Source of the DNA: an uncultured virus (IMG/VR IMGVR_UViG_3300020472_003601)
Taxonomy: Duplodnaviria; Heunggongvirae; Uroviricota; Caudoviricetes
Virus record (IMG/VR): IMGVR_UViG_3300020472_003601
Length of the DNA stretch: 20,000 bases
Strand: one strand, 5' to 3'
In this document: positions 1 to 8,284 of the stretch, piece after piece
Layout: every line of letters begins with the position of its first letter
Numbering within the stretch: position 1 is the stretch's first letter
Position numbers and translations under genes: made by a program
The notes under the pieces: model-generated
Seen by the model: the letters and a program-made list of their open reading frames with translations, nothing else
Told to the model about the DNA's origin: nothing
Databases searched by the model: none

Positions 1-974
1 CATTTATAGGTATTCTCCATCCCGTCTCGAAGAGGTTGTGATACTGACCACCCAATCTTCTCGCGGTAAAGAGTATTGTCGGAATTTCTACCATTGACTC
101 CGATTGGGCATGGGTGGCCATACTTTTGTTCAAACTCATCCCCTTCAATATTATAAAGCGAAACACTCTTTCCAGATATGTCAATTGCCATGCGCACAAA
201 TTCATTGATCGCGATCATTTCTTCTGAGCCAATGTTGACTGGTCCTTGGAAATCTCCATCCATAAATCGTCTGGTTGCCTCTATACATTCGTCGATGTAT
301 AAAAAGGAACGCGTTTGAGTTCCGGGGCCCCACACCTCAACGGACTCGCCTTCGTTTGCAAGTGCAACTTTTCTGCAAAACGCTGCGGGTGCCTTCTCTC
401 TGCCACCTTCCCATGTTCCTTCTGGTCCAAAAATATTATGATAGCGAGCAACGCGTACTATGAGTCCATAATTACGAGCGAATGCCAACCAGAGTCTTTC
501 GCTGAATAACTTCTCCCAGCCATACTCGCTATCTGGATTAGCTGGATAGGCAGAATCCTCGACACAGTTAGGGTTGTCTGGGTCCATTTGATTGTGTTCT
601 GGGTACATACACGCCGAAGATGAGTAAAAGACCCTCTGAATGCCCTTTTTGACCATTTGTTCGGCTATATTAAGGTTAATCATGGCAGAGTTGTGCATGA
701 TATCGGCGTCATTTTCACCTGTGAAAACGAATCCGGCGCCTCCCATATCTGCTGCAAACTGGTATATTTCATCTAAATCTTCCGTTACAACGTCATTACA
801 CACTGTGGGATCTCTTAAATCTCCTACAATAAACTCATCAGCAACACTGTGAGCATCAAAAAACTCATGCTCTTTTAAGTCTACGCCTCGAACCCAGTGT
901 CCCTCAGACTTCAATCTTTTCATCATGGCGCCGCCAATAAATCCGCCGGCTCCGCATACTAATATTCTTTTCAT
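1..974 (-). CDS. NAD-dependent epimerase, GDP-mannose 3,5-epimerase-like extended SDR (3' end truncated by window edge)
   Basis: Not in the ORF track; translated by hand from ATG at 974: MKRILVCGAGGFIGG (GxxGxxG), YQFAADMGGAGF, FYSSSACMYP, DSEYGWEKLFSE (YxxxK). The frame is still open at position 1 (...IGWSVSQPLRDGMENTYK). AADMGG and YSSSACxYP are characteristic of GME-like enzymes. Confidence 0.88.
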   Translation of the reverse strand, partial: MKRILVCGAGGFIGGAMMKRLKSEGHWVRGVDLKEHEFFDAHSVADEFIVGDLRDPTVCNDVVTEDLDEIYQFAADMGGAGFVFTGENDADIMHNSAMINLNIAEQMVKKGIQRVFYSSSACMYPEHNQMDPDNPNCVEDSAYPANPDSEYGWEKLFSERLWLAFARNYGLIVRVARYHNIFGPEGTWEGGREKAPAAFCRKVALANEGESVEVWGPGTQTRSFLYIDECIEATRRFMDGDFQGPVNIGSEEMIAINEFVRMAIDISGKSVSLYNIEGDEFEQKYGHPCPIGVNGRNSDNTLYREKIGWSVSQPLRDGMENTYK

Positions 975-975
975 T

Positions 976-1572
976 TTATTTCTCCTCTCTCTTCATAGCT
1001 GTCTCCATACGGACCAGCTTACTATATTGTTCATTTCCATCAAAAACTTTGACCCCCGTAGACAAAACTGGTAATTCAAGTGTTTGTGAGAGCCCAAACA
1101 AAAATCGTTGAGGGTCTGTTACCATTGATTCATATGAAGTAAAATAAAAGGGCACTCCCGCCTCTTGAACATCATTTATAATGTTCCGATATCCTTGGGC
1201 TATGACCATATCAAAATTTCTGCGACGGCGTTGCTCGTGTCCTGATGCCACATTCTTTGGGTTCCAACAATGTGAATTGTAAAGACACCAATAATCTCTC
1301 ACCGGAATGAGAACGCGGATGTCCTGATAATTATGGAGCATTACGTCCTGTAAAATTTTCTTAGGGCTTGGCCACGGTCCTTCGCCTTGGTGCCCTGATG
1401 GGACACTGTATTTAAAAGCATATAATTCACTTCTTTCGGTGACAAGTTCGTGACCACAATTATGCTTTTTTCCGGTGGCGCCGAAGCCGTCAATTAATAA
1501 ATTTAACAAGGCTTTGGTTCCGGTATGCTCAGGTCCAAAGATGGCAATGGCTCGTCGGTTTAGTTCTTTCAT
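976..1572 (-). CDS. Sulfotransferase-fold (P-loop) protein
   Basis: IFGPEHTGTKAL resembles the 5'-PSB loop (GxxRSGT). VLIPVRDYWCLYNS resembles the 3'-PB motif (RDP...S). SYESMVTDPQRFL resembles the YEdLvxdP motif. Confidence 0.6.
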   Translation of the reverse strand: MKELNRRAIAIFGPEHTGTKALLNLLIDGFGATGKKHNCGHELVTERSELYAFKYSVPSGHQGEGPWPSPKKILQDVMLHNYQDIRVLIPVRDYWCLYNSHCWNPKNVASGHEQRRRRNFDMVIAQGYRNIINDVQEAGVPFYFTSYESMVTDPQRFLFGLSQTLELPVLSTGVKVFDGNEQYSKLVRMETAMKREEK

Positions 1573-2021
1573 TGGTATTTCTCCTTATAGTATTTTTTCC
1601 AATCTAGCGGATAATCAGTACAGATTCCCGCAATCTTCTGTTCGATATGAAATGGTTTCCCACATTCTACCACATAACTGTCTTTGATGTAAACTCCCGG
1701 ATAACACCAAATATTTTGTTTATTAGTTAAGGTCATCTCATCATTACGATGCCAAAACCACTGGAGGTCTGTTTTGATGGAGGTGATGTTTTCCACAGCT
1801 TCGTAATTCTTCAGATGCAACCACATGTTGGGAGCGAAGAATGTGCTTTCAACTTCGTATTTTGGAGCGTCGTGCCCCAAAAACCACTTATCATCCTTAA
1901 ACCAAACATCAACCTCCACACCAAAATGACTCAAAGCTTGTATAATGTAGTTTGGTTTGTTCTCCTCTTCGGGGCATGGTCCGCATAAGTTTCCCCTATG
2001 TGATACGATATTCATTCTCAT
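1569..2021 (-). CDS. Short glycerophosphodiester phosphodiesterase (GDPD/PLC-like) domain protein
   Basis: SHRGN...EEN, GVEVDVW, LGHD and a C-terminal GICTDY match GDPD-type motifs. At 150 aa it is short for the fold. Start may be 2015. Confidence 0.65.
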   Translation of the reverse strand: MRMNIVSHRGNLCGPCPEEENKPNYIIQALSHFGVEVDVWFKDDKWFLGHDAPKYEVESTFFAPNMWLHLKNYEAVENITSIKTDLQWFWHRNDEMTLTNKQNIWCYPGVYIKDSYVVECGKPFHIEQKIAGICTDYPLDWKKYYKEKYQ

Positions 2022-2650
2022 TCTGCCCTCCGTATAATATCAGCCATTAAATCATAGTTAACATCTTTCCAGCTTTTAATCTCATAGACAGAGGCGCCTG
2101 TTGCTCGGGCTGCTGCTAAACCCACTGCAGAGTCTTCAAAGATAATACACTCTTCTAAACCACAATCAATACGTGCTAAACTCATCAATGCGCGAATGTA
2201 AGGTTCAGGATGAGGTTTTGGGTTGACAACATCATTGTTGGTAACCAGCACATCAACATATTCCATAAGCCCTATGTGCTCAAGAAGCATCCGAGTCGAT
2301 TGACCATTCGCGTTTGTCACAACAGCAATCTTAATATCTTGTTCGGTCAAGTGCTGGAAGGCTTCTCTTTTGCAGAAATAGTGCTTAGGGTTTAATTCTA
2401 ACATAAGCTCATTGGCAATTTTCTTTTTATCTTCGTATATTGTTTCTACCTGATCCATATTAATGTAGCCCTTATCGCAAAACTTGATAAGCTTAGCTTT
2501 GGTGGTAATTGTAGAATGGACAATATCCAAATCACTAGGATGCCTAACATCGAACCCGTTGCGACCAAGGGCGCGGACGATTGAACGCGCCTGAATGTCT
2601 GTAGTGTCAACGAGAACGCCGTCAAAATCAAAGATGAAAGCCTTATACAT
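2018..2650 (-). CDS. HAD-superfamily phosphatase (beta-phosphoglucomutase/CbbY-like)
   Basis: Motif I FDFDGVLVDT, motif II VVTN, motif III KPHPEPY, motif IV IFEDSAVGLAAA. Confidence 0.9.
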   Translation of the reverse strand: MYKAFIFDFDGVLVDTTDIQARSIVRALGRNGFDVRHPSDLDIVHSTITTKAKLIKFCDKGYINMDQVETIYEDKKKIANELMLELNPKHYFCKREAFQHLTEQDIKIAVVTNANGQSTRMLLEHIGLMEYVDVLVTNNDVVNPKPHPEPYIRALMSLARIDCGLEECIIFEDSAVGLAAARATGASVYEIKSWKDVNYDLMADIIRRAE

Positions 2651-2651
2651 G

Positions 2652-3368
2652 CTATTCTCGTGGATGGTGTGTTAGATAATGATTCAGATCCTCGGGTGTT
2701 CCAAGACCCCACATTCTGTCGATGTGAAAGACCTTGACTTTCTGGTTGTCTTCGCATGCCTGATTATAAACTGGACAAACATAAAACTCATTATTCGTGC
2801 GAATGTCGCGCTCAATCATTTGCTCAGCATACTTGACATAATCAGAACCCTTGCGGAAGTAATATACTCCAGCGGTGGCGATGTTACTGATGGGATTCTT
2901 CTCTGCGACTTCTGTTACGAAGCCATCGTCGCCCAGCTTGGCAAAACTCCACTTGGGATGAGTTGCTTCAAAGGTGAGAATACCGCCATCAACCTCGTCG
3001 GCTACCATAGAATACATAAACTCGTTACTGTTCCACTCGAAAACCTGATCAGAGTTTGAGATGACCAAAGGCTCATCATTATTGATAAACTCCTTTGCCA
3101 ACAGAGTAGTACACGCGGCGCCCTCAGTAACTCCATCCACCTGTACGATAACACAATCCGGTGAGATGAGGTTTAATAATTGCTGCACATTATATTTCTC
3201 ATAATGAGACTTCTGCACAATGTAGATGTGACGAGCTTCGATGTTTAGATTCTCAATCACTAGTTGAATCATTGGCTTGCCATTAACATCAATCAGCGGC
3301 TTGGGAAATGTATACCCCGCCCTTTCAAATCGACTGCCGGCACCTGCCATTGGGATTAATACGTTCAT
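2652..3368 (-). CDS. Sugar-phosphate nucleotidyltransferase (GT-A fold, BcbE-like)
   Basis: IPMAGAGSRF...PKPLIDVNGKPMI signature, TEGAACT, NSDQ, VAEKNPIS, NNEFYVCPVYN and GLGTPEDL. Confidence 0.85.
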   Translation of the reverse strand: MNVLIPMAGAGSRFERAGYTFPKPLIDVNGKPMIQLVIENLNIEARHIYIVQKSHYEKYNVQQLLNLISPDCVIVQVDGVTEGAACTTLLAKEFINNDEPLVISNSDQVFEWNSNEFMYSMVADEVDGGILTFEATHPKWSFAKLGDDGFVTEVAEKNPISNIATAGVYYFRKGSDYVKYAEQMIERDIRTNNEFYVCPVYNQACEDNQKVKVFHIDRMWGLGTPEDLNHYLTHHPRE

Positions 3369-3985
3369 AATCTACGATCCTTTGGATATACATATAGATA
3401 TCCTTCATGATCCCATATTGGTTCTATGGAGTGAGTGGCACCAATTAAATCCTCAACAAAGGAAACTCCATTTTTATGAGGAAAATAGTTTGGATATTTC
3501 TGCCTTAGCTTGTCGCAATCTGGGTGTGAATCCCATGGATATTGAAAGGGTCCTTCGATATACACCCTCAAATCGTCAATTAAAAAATAATCATTAGTGA
3601 TGTCACGATTTTTAACTATTAATTCAAATTCTTTTTCTAACGGAAAGATAACTTCTTCGTCTTCCGTAAAAAAGGGATATTTTTTTGTATCTTCCGGTAT
3701 ATGTGCATCTAACCAATAGAAACACGACGAGTAGTTTTCTATACTTTTCAGCACAAGCGGCATCTTATCGATGGAATTGCCGTGCCATAAGGATATGTTT
3801 TTTGCATGTGAGAATTTAGCTCTCGCGCTGTTGAAATATCCTTCGTTTATTTCAATTGAATGTAGCTCAAGGAATCCTCCATTCTTGTGTGCATATTCTA
3901 AACCTACTCCGTCTTGAGTTCCGGTTTCCACAAAACTTTCAATTCCCGCGAAACGATTTAAATCAAAATTTCTTAATATTCCCAT
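3365..3985 (-). CDS. Class I SAM-dependent methyltransferase-like protein
   Basis: FVETGTQDGVG (motif I), HSIEIN, HGNS, YWLDAH and LIDD. SD-like AAGGAG upstream. Confidence 0.65.
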   Translation of the reverse strand: MGILRNFDLNRFAGIESFVETGTQDGVGLEYAHKNGGFLELHSIEINEGYFNSARAKFSHAKNISLWHGNSIDKMPLVLKSIENYSSCFYWLDAHIPEDTKKYPFFTEDEEVIFPLEKEFELIVKNRDITNDYFLIDDLRVYIEGPFQYPWDSHPDCDKLRQKYPNYFPHKNGVSFVEDLIGATHSIEPIWDHEGYLYVYPKDRRL

Positions 3986-4029
3986 TTTAGTGAACTCCTT
4001 CTGCTGCTCTTCGATGACTGTTGTTTTTA

Positions 4030-4848
4030 TTAATCGGCATAATATTCTCCGTCGGCTTCATAGGTGTACCAGTATCCAGAATTGTATTTTTCCCAATCTA
4101 GCTTAATGCGTGGTAGGGGCTGAAATAGTGAGTCCTTAATTGAGTCATAAAATTCCATTACCTTCGGACGATGTGCTGAATCATCCAGCAAGCAATTTCT
4201 CCAGTCTCCAACATGTTCAATAGCCTCTTCAAAAAATAGAGCGTAGTAATGCATACCAATATACATGGGAGAACGAATGTGCTCAGTAAAATAATTTGGA
4301 GGACAAATGGGGCCCGGATAGGGAGGCTCCGTACTAAGCGGCAAGGAAAACAACCTTAATAGGTCTTCTCTGTGTCCCATGTAAATGTGATCTTGGGGGT
4401 GGTAGGGGTAATTCCGATGATTTCCAATAACAAAAATCTTACTCTTTTGTTTTTCTCCGGAGTCTAGATATGATAGACTTTCTTGGTTCTTGTGTTCTAT
4501 AAAGAAGTCATAAATTTTATGAAAACTCTCATGATGAATCTTTTCATCGGATCGCACTTTAAAAACTACGTCTTGGGTTGTTCTCTTGAGTCCCTCTAAA
4601 GAAGATACAATTTGTAGATTTACATTACCGGGTCCAAAAGCGTCTGGTTTTTTGTTTCGAAGAAGTTCTATATTGTGTTGTTCTAAATCGCCCTGAAGAG
4701 TGGGGCCATTTACAAGACCCGCAAGTTTTGGATCGTCTTCCCATGTGGAAATAACCACTTTATCCACAAAATCTAATTTCTGATAATGAAACGCGGTTGG
4801 TATTGTGCTGTTCCATAGTCCTCCCTGTATGATGATGTCTATTTTCAT
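4030..4848 (-). CDS. WavE lipopolysaccharide-synthesis family protein
   Basis: IIIQG...VVISTWED...NVNLQIVSSLEGLK...KVRSD...HPQDHIYMG follows the WavE-family motif pattern. Confidence 0.75.
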   Translation of the reverse strand: MKIDIIIQGGLWNSTIPTAFHYQKLDFVDKVVISTWEDDPKLAGLVNGPTLQGDLEQHNIELLRNKKPDAFGPGNVNLQIVSSLEGLKRTTQDVVFKVRSDEKIHHESFHKIYDFFIEHKNQESLSYLDSGEKQKSKIFVIGNHRNYPYHPQDHIYMGHREDLLRLFSLPLSTEPPYPGPICPPNYFTEHIRSPMYIGMHYYALFFEEAIEHVGDWRNCLLDDSAHRPKVMEFYDSIKDSLFQPLPRIKLDWEKYNSGYWYTYEADGEYYAD

Positions 4849-4854
4849 GATTAT

Positions 4855-5223
4855 TTAATCTCCTTTTATGACCCTGTGGCTATCGCTGTCAAAGTGTTGA
4901 GTGGAAAACTCGAACAACTCTGAATCTTCTAAAGCAACCATCTGGTGTCGTAATCCGCGGTAAACATGGAAATTATCTCCGGGATTCAATATCAATTGTT
5001 TAGCTTTGGTAATATCGTCTTCTTCGGAATAGTATAACATCATTTTACCGGATTGCAAATAAAAAACTTCATCTTTTAATATATGATAATGCCAAGAGCA
5101 CCGTTTGCTTCTATTAAAAAATAATAATTTTCCACAATATTCTTCATTGTTAACAATCCAGCGCTCCCAGCCCCAGCCTTTATCTACGTGCTTCATCGGA
5201 AGTTTGTGCGTTTTCTTACTCAT
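4855..5223 (-). CDS. Cupin-fold sugar isomerase-like protein (D-lyxose ketol-isomerase / Man6P isomerase-like)
   Basis: YCGKLL...SWHYHILKDEVFYLQSG (HxH...E metal motif) and PGDNFHVYRGLRHQM (cupin motif 2). Confidence 0.75.
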   Translation of the reverse strand: MSKKTHKLPMKHVDKGWGWERWIVNNEEYCGKLLFFNRSKRCSWHYHILKDEVFYLQSGKMMLYYSEEDDITKAKQLILNPGDNFHVYRGLRHQMVALEDSELFEFSTQHFDSDSHRVIKGD

Positions 5224-5558
5224 TCAAAACTCGCCTCCATTGTAGTAAAAAAATTGACGTCCCTCATTCCTTTGTCGTCGATATAAAGATCTCCGGATGG
5301 CTTGCCTAAGAATAATTCATGAAATTTAACACCCCAATTTAACAATTGAGTACGCGTAAGTTCATAAAAAGCTTCATGAGCATATGTAAAAGAGTTGTTA
5401 GATCTTCCCATTCCTCTAGCTGTGTAGAGTGTTATTTTGTTTCCTTCTTTATATAATCTATTGACAACATCTATTCTCTCTTGAATTGGTTGAGAATTCT
5501 CATAATCGCCGTCGATAGTTTCGCAAAGAGTCCCATCTATGTCAAACACATAGTTCAT
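5220..5558 (-). CDS. Minimal capless HAD phosphatase (BcbF/EcbF-like)
   Basis: FDIDGTLC, ITLYTARG and GKPSGDLYIDDK in a 112-aa protein. Confidence 0.8.
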   Translation of the reverse strand: MNYVFDIDGTLCETIDGDYENSQPIQERIDVVNRLYKEGNKITLYTARGMGRSNNSFTYAHEAFYELTRTQLLNWGVKFHELFLGKPSGDLYIDDKGMRDVNFFTTMEASFE

Positions 5559-6324
5559 CTATATCCTCCTTGGTCAATACATAGGTTCCAAATTTTGTCA
5601 CTGAGTAGGATGCACACTTATTGGCAAACTCTATGGCGCGTGCCATGGAGCCGTGTTTCATGTATTTGTAGACTAAGGAAGCCATAAACACATCGCCTGC
5701 GCCACACACATCGAATACTTCAACTTTATTGGTGCGATAAATTTTATTTTTATATACACAACCGCCATCACCCATCGTCACAATAAGTTCGTAATTTTCA
5801 GGATAGTTCGTTATCTTTTCATATTCTAATTCATTTATCTTCAAAATAGCCCCCTCAAAGCATGACAAGTCGCGCTTCTTTGAATCCACAAAAAGAGGAA
5901 TATTTTGGCGCGCGCATAACTGAGAGATTTCGGTGCACACTTCGGGGAGCAGAAATCCCTTATCATAATCGCTAATTACAAGAACATCTACATCTTCAAA
6001 ATCGTGCTTTTGGAATTTATATGGCTCAATGTCTTGAATTTCGTTTCTGTCTACGCGTAACATATGCTGCTTTGAGCGTTCGTCTATGTAGCGATGTTTT
6101 TCTATATTATTTCTGTCGGTGATGTGATCTGTAGTTATTTCAAAGGCTCGTAGATTCAGAAATACATTTAGCGCCATTCCGGGGCGGATCTCGGTTTCAG
6201 TCTCCTGAAAAACTGGAACAGGTGCCTCTGGACTCAGACGACTACATTCGCCATAGTGGTATACATCCACGCACGCATCACCCATTAGTAATACTTTCAA
6301 TGATTTTTGTTGTTGAGTATTCAT
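5542..6324 (-). CDS. hldA: D-glycero-D-manno-heptose-7-phosphate kinase (HldA / HldE domain I, PfkB family)
   Basis: MGDACVD, RLSPEAPVPV, SDYDKGFL and the PfkB anion-hole motif DVCGAGD. Adjacent to hldC and hldD. Confidence 0.85.
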   Translation of the reverse strand: MNTQQQKSLKVLLMGDACVDVYHYGECSRLSPEAPVPVFQETETEIRPGMALNVFLNLRAFEITTDHITDRNNIEKHRYIDERSKQHMLRVDRNEIQDIEPYKFQKHDFEDVDVLVISDYDKGFLLPEVCTEISQLCARQNIPLFVDSKKRDLSCFEGAILKINELEYEKITNYPENYELIVTMGDGGCVYKNKIYRTNKVEVFDVCGAGDVFMASLVYKYMKHGSMARAIEFANKCASYSVTKFGTYVLTKEDIDELCV

Positions 6325-6676
6325 CTATTCTATCAAAATATCCTAGGATTTTAGCATGTTCAGAGCCGATTACGCGTTTTCCTTGCCAATCAGATCCGAC
6401 AATCATATAATCTGGGGCATATCCTTGGATCGCTGTTTCTAATTCTTCGTCACTATCAAATATTACCACATCATTGACCCACTTTAAATTAAGCAAGAAC
6501 TCTTTTCTTATTATTTCTGAATTAATCGGGCGGTCGGCGCCTTTAGATTGTCTTACTCGCCTGTCAGAATCAATGCCCACCATGACATGACTCCCCATCA
6601 TAGCGCAACGCTTAAGCAGGCTTAAATGCCCAAGGTGCAATATATCAAAACATCCGTTAGTAAAGACTTTAATCAT
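6278..6676 (-). CDS. hldC: Heptose-1-phosphate nucleotidyltransferase (HldC / HldE domain II)
   Basis: VFTNGCFDILHLGH (HIGH-like), GIDSD...KGADRPIN, GSDW and a C-terminal YSTT motif. Confidence 0.88.
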   Translation of the reverse strand: MIKVFTNGCFDILHLGHLSLLKRCAMMGSHVMVGIDSDRRVRQSKGADRPINSEIIRKEFLLNLKWVNDVVIFDSDEELETAIQGYAPDYMIVGSDWQGKRVIGSEHAKILGYFDRIDEYSTTKIIESITNG

Positions 6677-7542
6677 TTATTTTTCCTATTAGCATACACG
6701 CTCTCAATTCCTTCTTCTATTGAAGTTCGACTTTGGCTGATGCCGGCAGCTGTAATTTTACTATTATCACTACATGTATACTTTTGGTATTTACCCGCTA
6801 GATGATTGGGAAACGGTATTTTGGTAATTTTAGCATTTGTAATCCTCGACACATGTTGGGCTACCTCCATGAAAGATGTAGCTATTCCCGAACCTACATT
6901 GTATATCCCGGGTTTCTCGCTTTTAGCAATTGCAAGAGTGATATCAACAATATCTCGCACATAAACAAAATCACGATAAAAGTCTTCGCTACCTTCGAAC
7001 ACCCTTATCACTCCATTTTGTTTAGATTGTTCAAAAAATTTGTGCACTGGGCTAGCCATATCTTGCTTGTGTTCTTCATTTTCTCCGTACACATTGAAAT
7101 ATCTTAAACCATATACCTTTGCTGTAGGGTTGTCTTTTATTTTTTGGGCAACAAACTGATCGAAAGATGTCTTACTAATTGCATAATAATTTAAAGGAGT
7201 TAGGTGAGTATCTTCTCTGAAGCCGTGTTCACCCAAACCATAAACCGAGGCTGAAGAGGCATAGACTATGGGCACATTGTTAGCAATACAGTATTCTAGC
7301 AACTGAGAACTAAACAAAATATTATGCATAGATATCTGCGATGTATTTGTCTCAGTCGTTGACGAGATAGCCCCCAAGTGATATATCACAGATGGTCGAT
7401 TCGTCTTTAAAAGAGTCAGCAGTGCGTCTGGGCGTAGTACATTTGTCCCGCGAACATCACAGCACACCACTTCTTCGTCAGTGTTGATAGCCTTAAGCAA
7501 ATGAGAACCTATGAAGCCACTTGTTCCGGTAGTTACAATCAT
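6673..7542 (-). CDS. hldD: ADP-L-glycero-D-manno-heptose 6-epimerase
   Basis: TGTSGFIG, HLGAISSTTE, YASSASVYG, PLNYYAISK, LRYFNVYG-x-x-EEHKQDMAS, RDFVYV and YQKYT are typical RfaD/GmhD motifs. Confidence 0.88.
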   Translation of the reverse strand: MIVTTGTSGFIGSHLLKAINTDEEVVCCDVRGTNVLRPDALLTLLKTNRPSVIYHLGAISSTTETNTSQISMHNILFSSQLLEYCIANNVPIVYASSASVYGLGEHGFREDTHLTPLNYYAISKTSFDQFVAQKIKDNPTAKVYGLRYFNVYGENEEHKQDMASPVHKFFEQSKQNGVIRVFEGSEDFYRDFVYVRDIVDITLAIAKSEKPGIYNVGSGIATSFMEVAQHVSRITNAKITKIPFPNHLAGKYQKYTCSDNSKITAAGISQSRTSIEEGIESVYANRKNK

Positions 7543-7543
7543 T

Positions 7544-8284
7544 TTATAAACTTAACCACCTTTTGTCCCATGTGGGGGATTCAGTATAAGATACGCCCGG
7601 AGGTAACCCTTCTCTTCGAAGAAGAAATTTTGGAGTGTTCGGAAAATGTTCTTGGCAGACATTGTCGATAAAACAATGTACTGAGCTTTCTGTGCAATAT
7701 ATTTCTTTCGCCTCCTTTATGATCAAAAACCAGTCGGGGATCTGATAATCTTCTACGATATCCATCGTTACCACCGATCGGTTTTTAATTTCTGGCATTG
7801 GTGCCACATGACCTTTTGAACTCTTTACGTGGCAAAAAATGTAATCTCCCAAATCTCCTACTATTTTGTTATACAATTCTTTCTCTCTATATTCGACTCT
7901 TTTCCAATCTAATTTGTACTTCAAAGAAAAGGGGAGATTTGCCATTCTATATTTAGATCGTGCGGACGCAGATTTTTCATTAGCGCGCTGATCTGTGGCG
8001 TGTGGTCCTCGATCAGCCAAATTGAGAACTATATCGTATTTTTTTAAACTATACAATTTTAATATCTTATCCACATCTGATTTAAGCCAATCTGAGTGTA
8101 TTTGAACCTCCGGGATTGTCTCATGGTTGATATACTCGAAATATCTGAATAAAGGTGAGTATTCTTCTCTAGATGGCCATGTTATGTCGTATCCATTGTC
8201 ATAGTAATATTTGGCAATAGGTGCGCACTCAATAATATCTCCGAAAGCGCCCGGCTGAATCACTAATGCTTGTTTTCTTTTCAT
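7544..8284 (-). CDS. GT9-like (heptosyltransferase-like) glycosyltransferase
   Basis: N-terminal LVIQPGAFGDIIECAPIAK (GDxxxxxP), YDIVLNL and a C-terminal CTESSVHC resembling the GT9 DSG motif. Directly upstream of hldD. Confidence 0.55.
   Translation of the reverse strand: MKRKQALVIQPGAFGDIIECAPIAKYYYDNGYDITWPSREEYSPLFRYFEYINHETIPEVQIHSDWLKSDVDKILKLYSLKKYDIVLNLADRGPHATDQRANEKSASARSKYRMANLPFSLKYKLDWKRVEYREKELYNKIVGDLGDYIFCHVKSSKGHVAPMPEIKNRSVVTMDIVEDYQIPDWFLIIKEAKEIYCTESSVHCFIDNVCQEHFPNTPKFLLRREGLPPGVSYTESPTWDKRWLSL

Noticed and set aside
3986..4029. 44-nt gap that reads in frame (KTTVIEEQQKEFTK) into the methyltransferase start
   Set aside because: There is no standard start codon, and a good SD (AAGGAG) supports the ATG at 3985. 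It may be a gene remnant but is too short to support.
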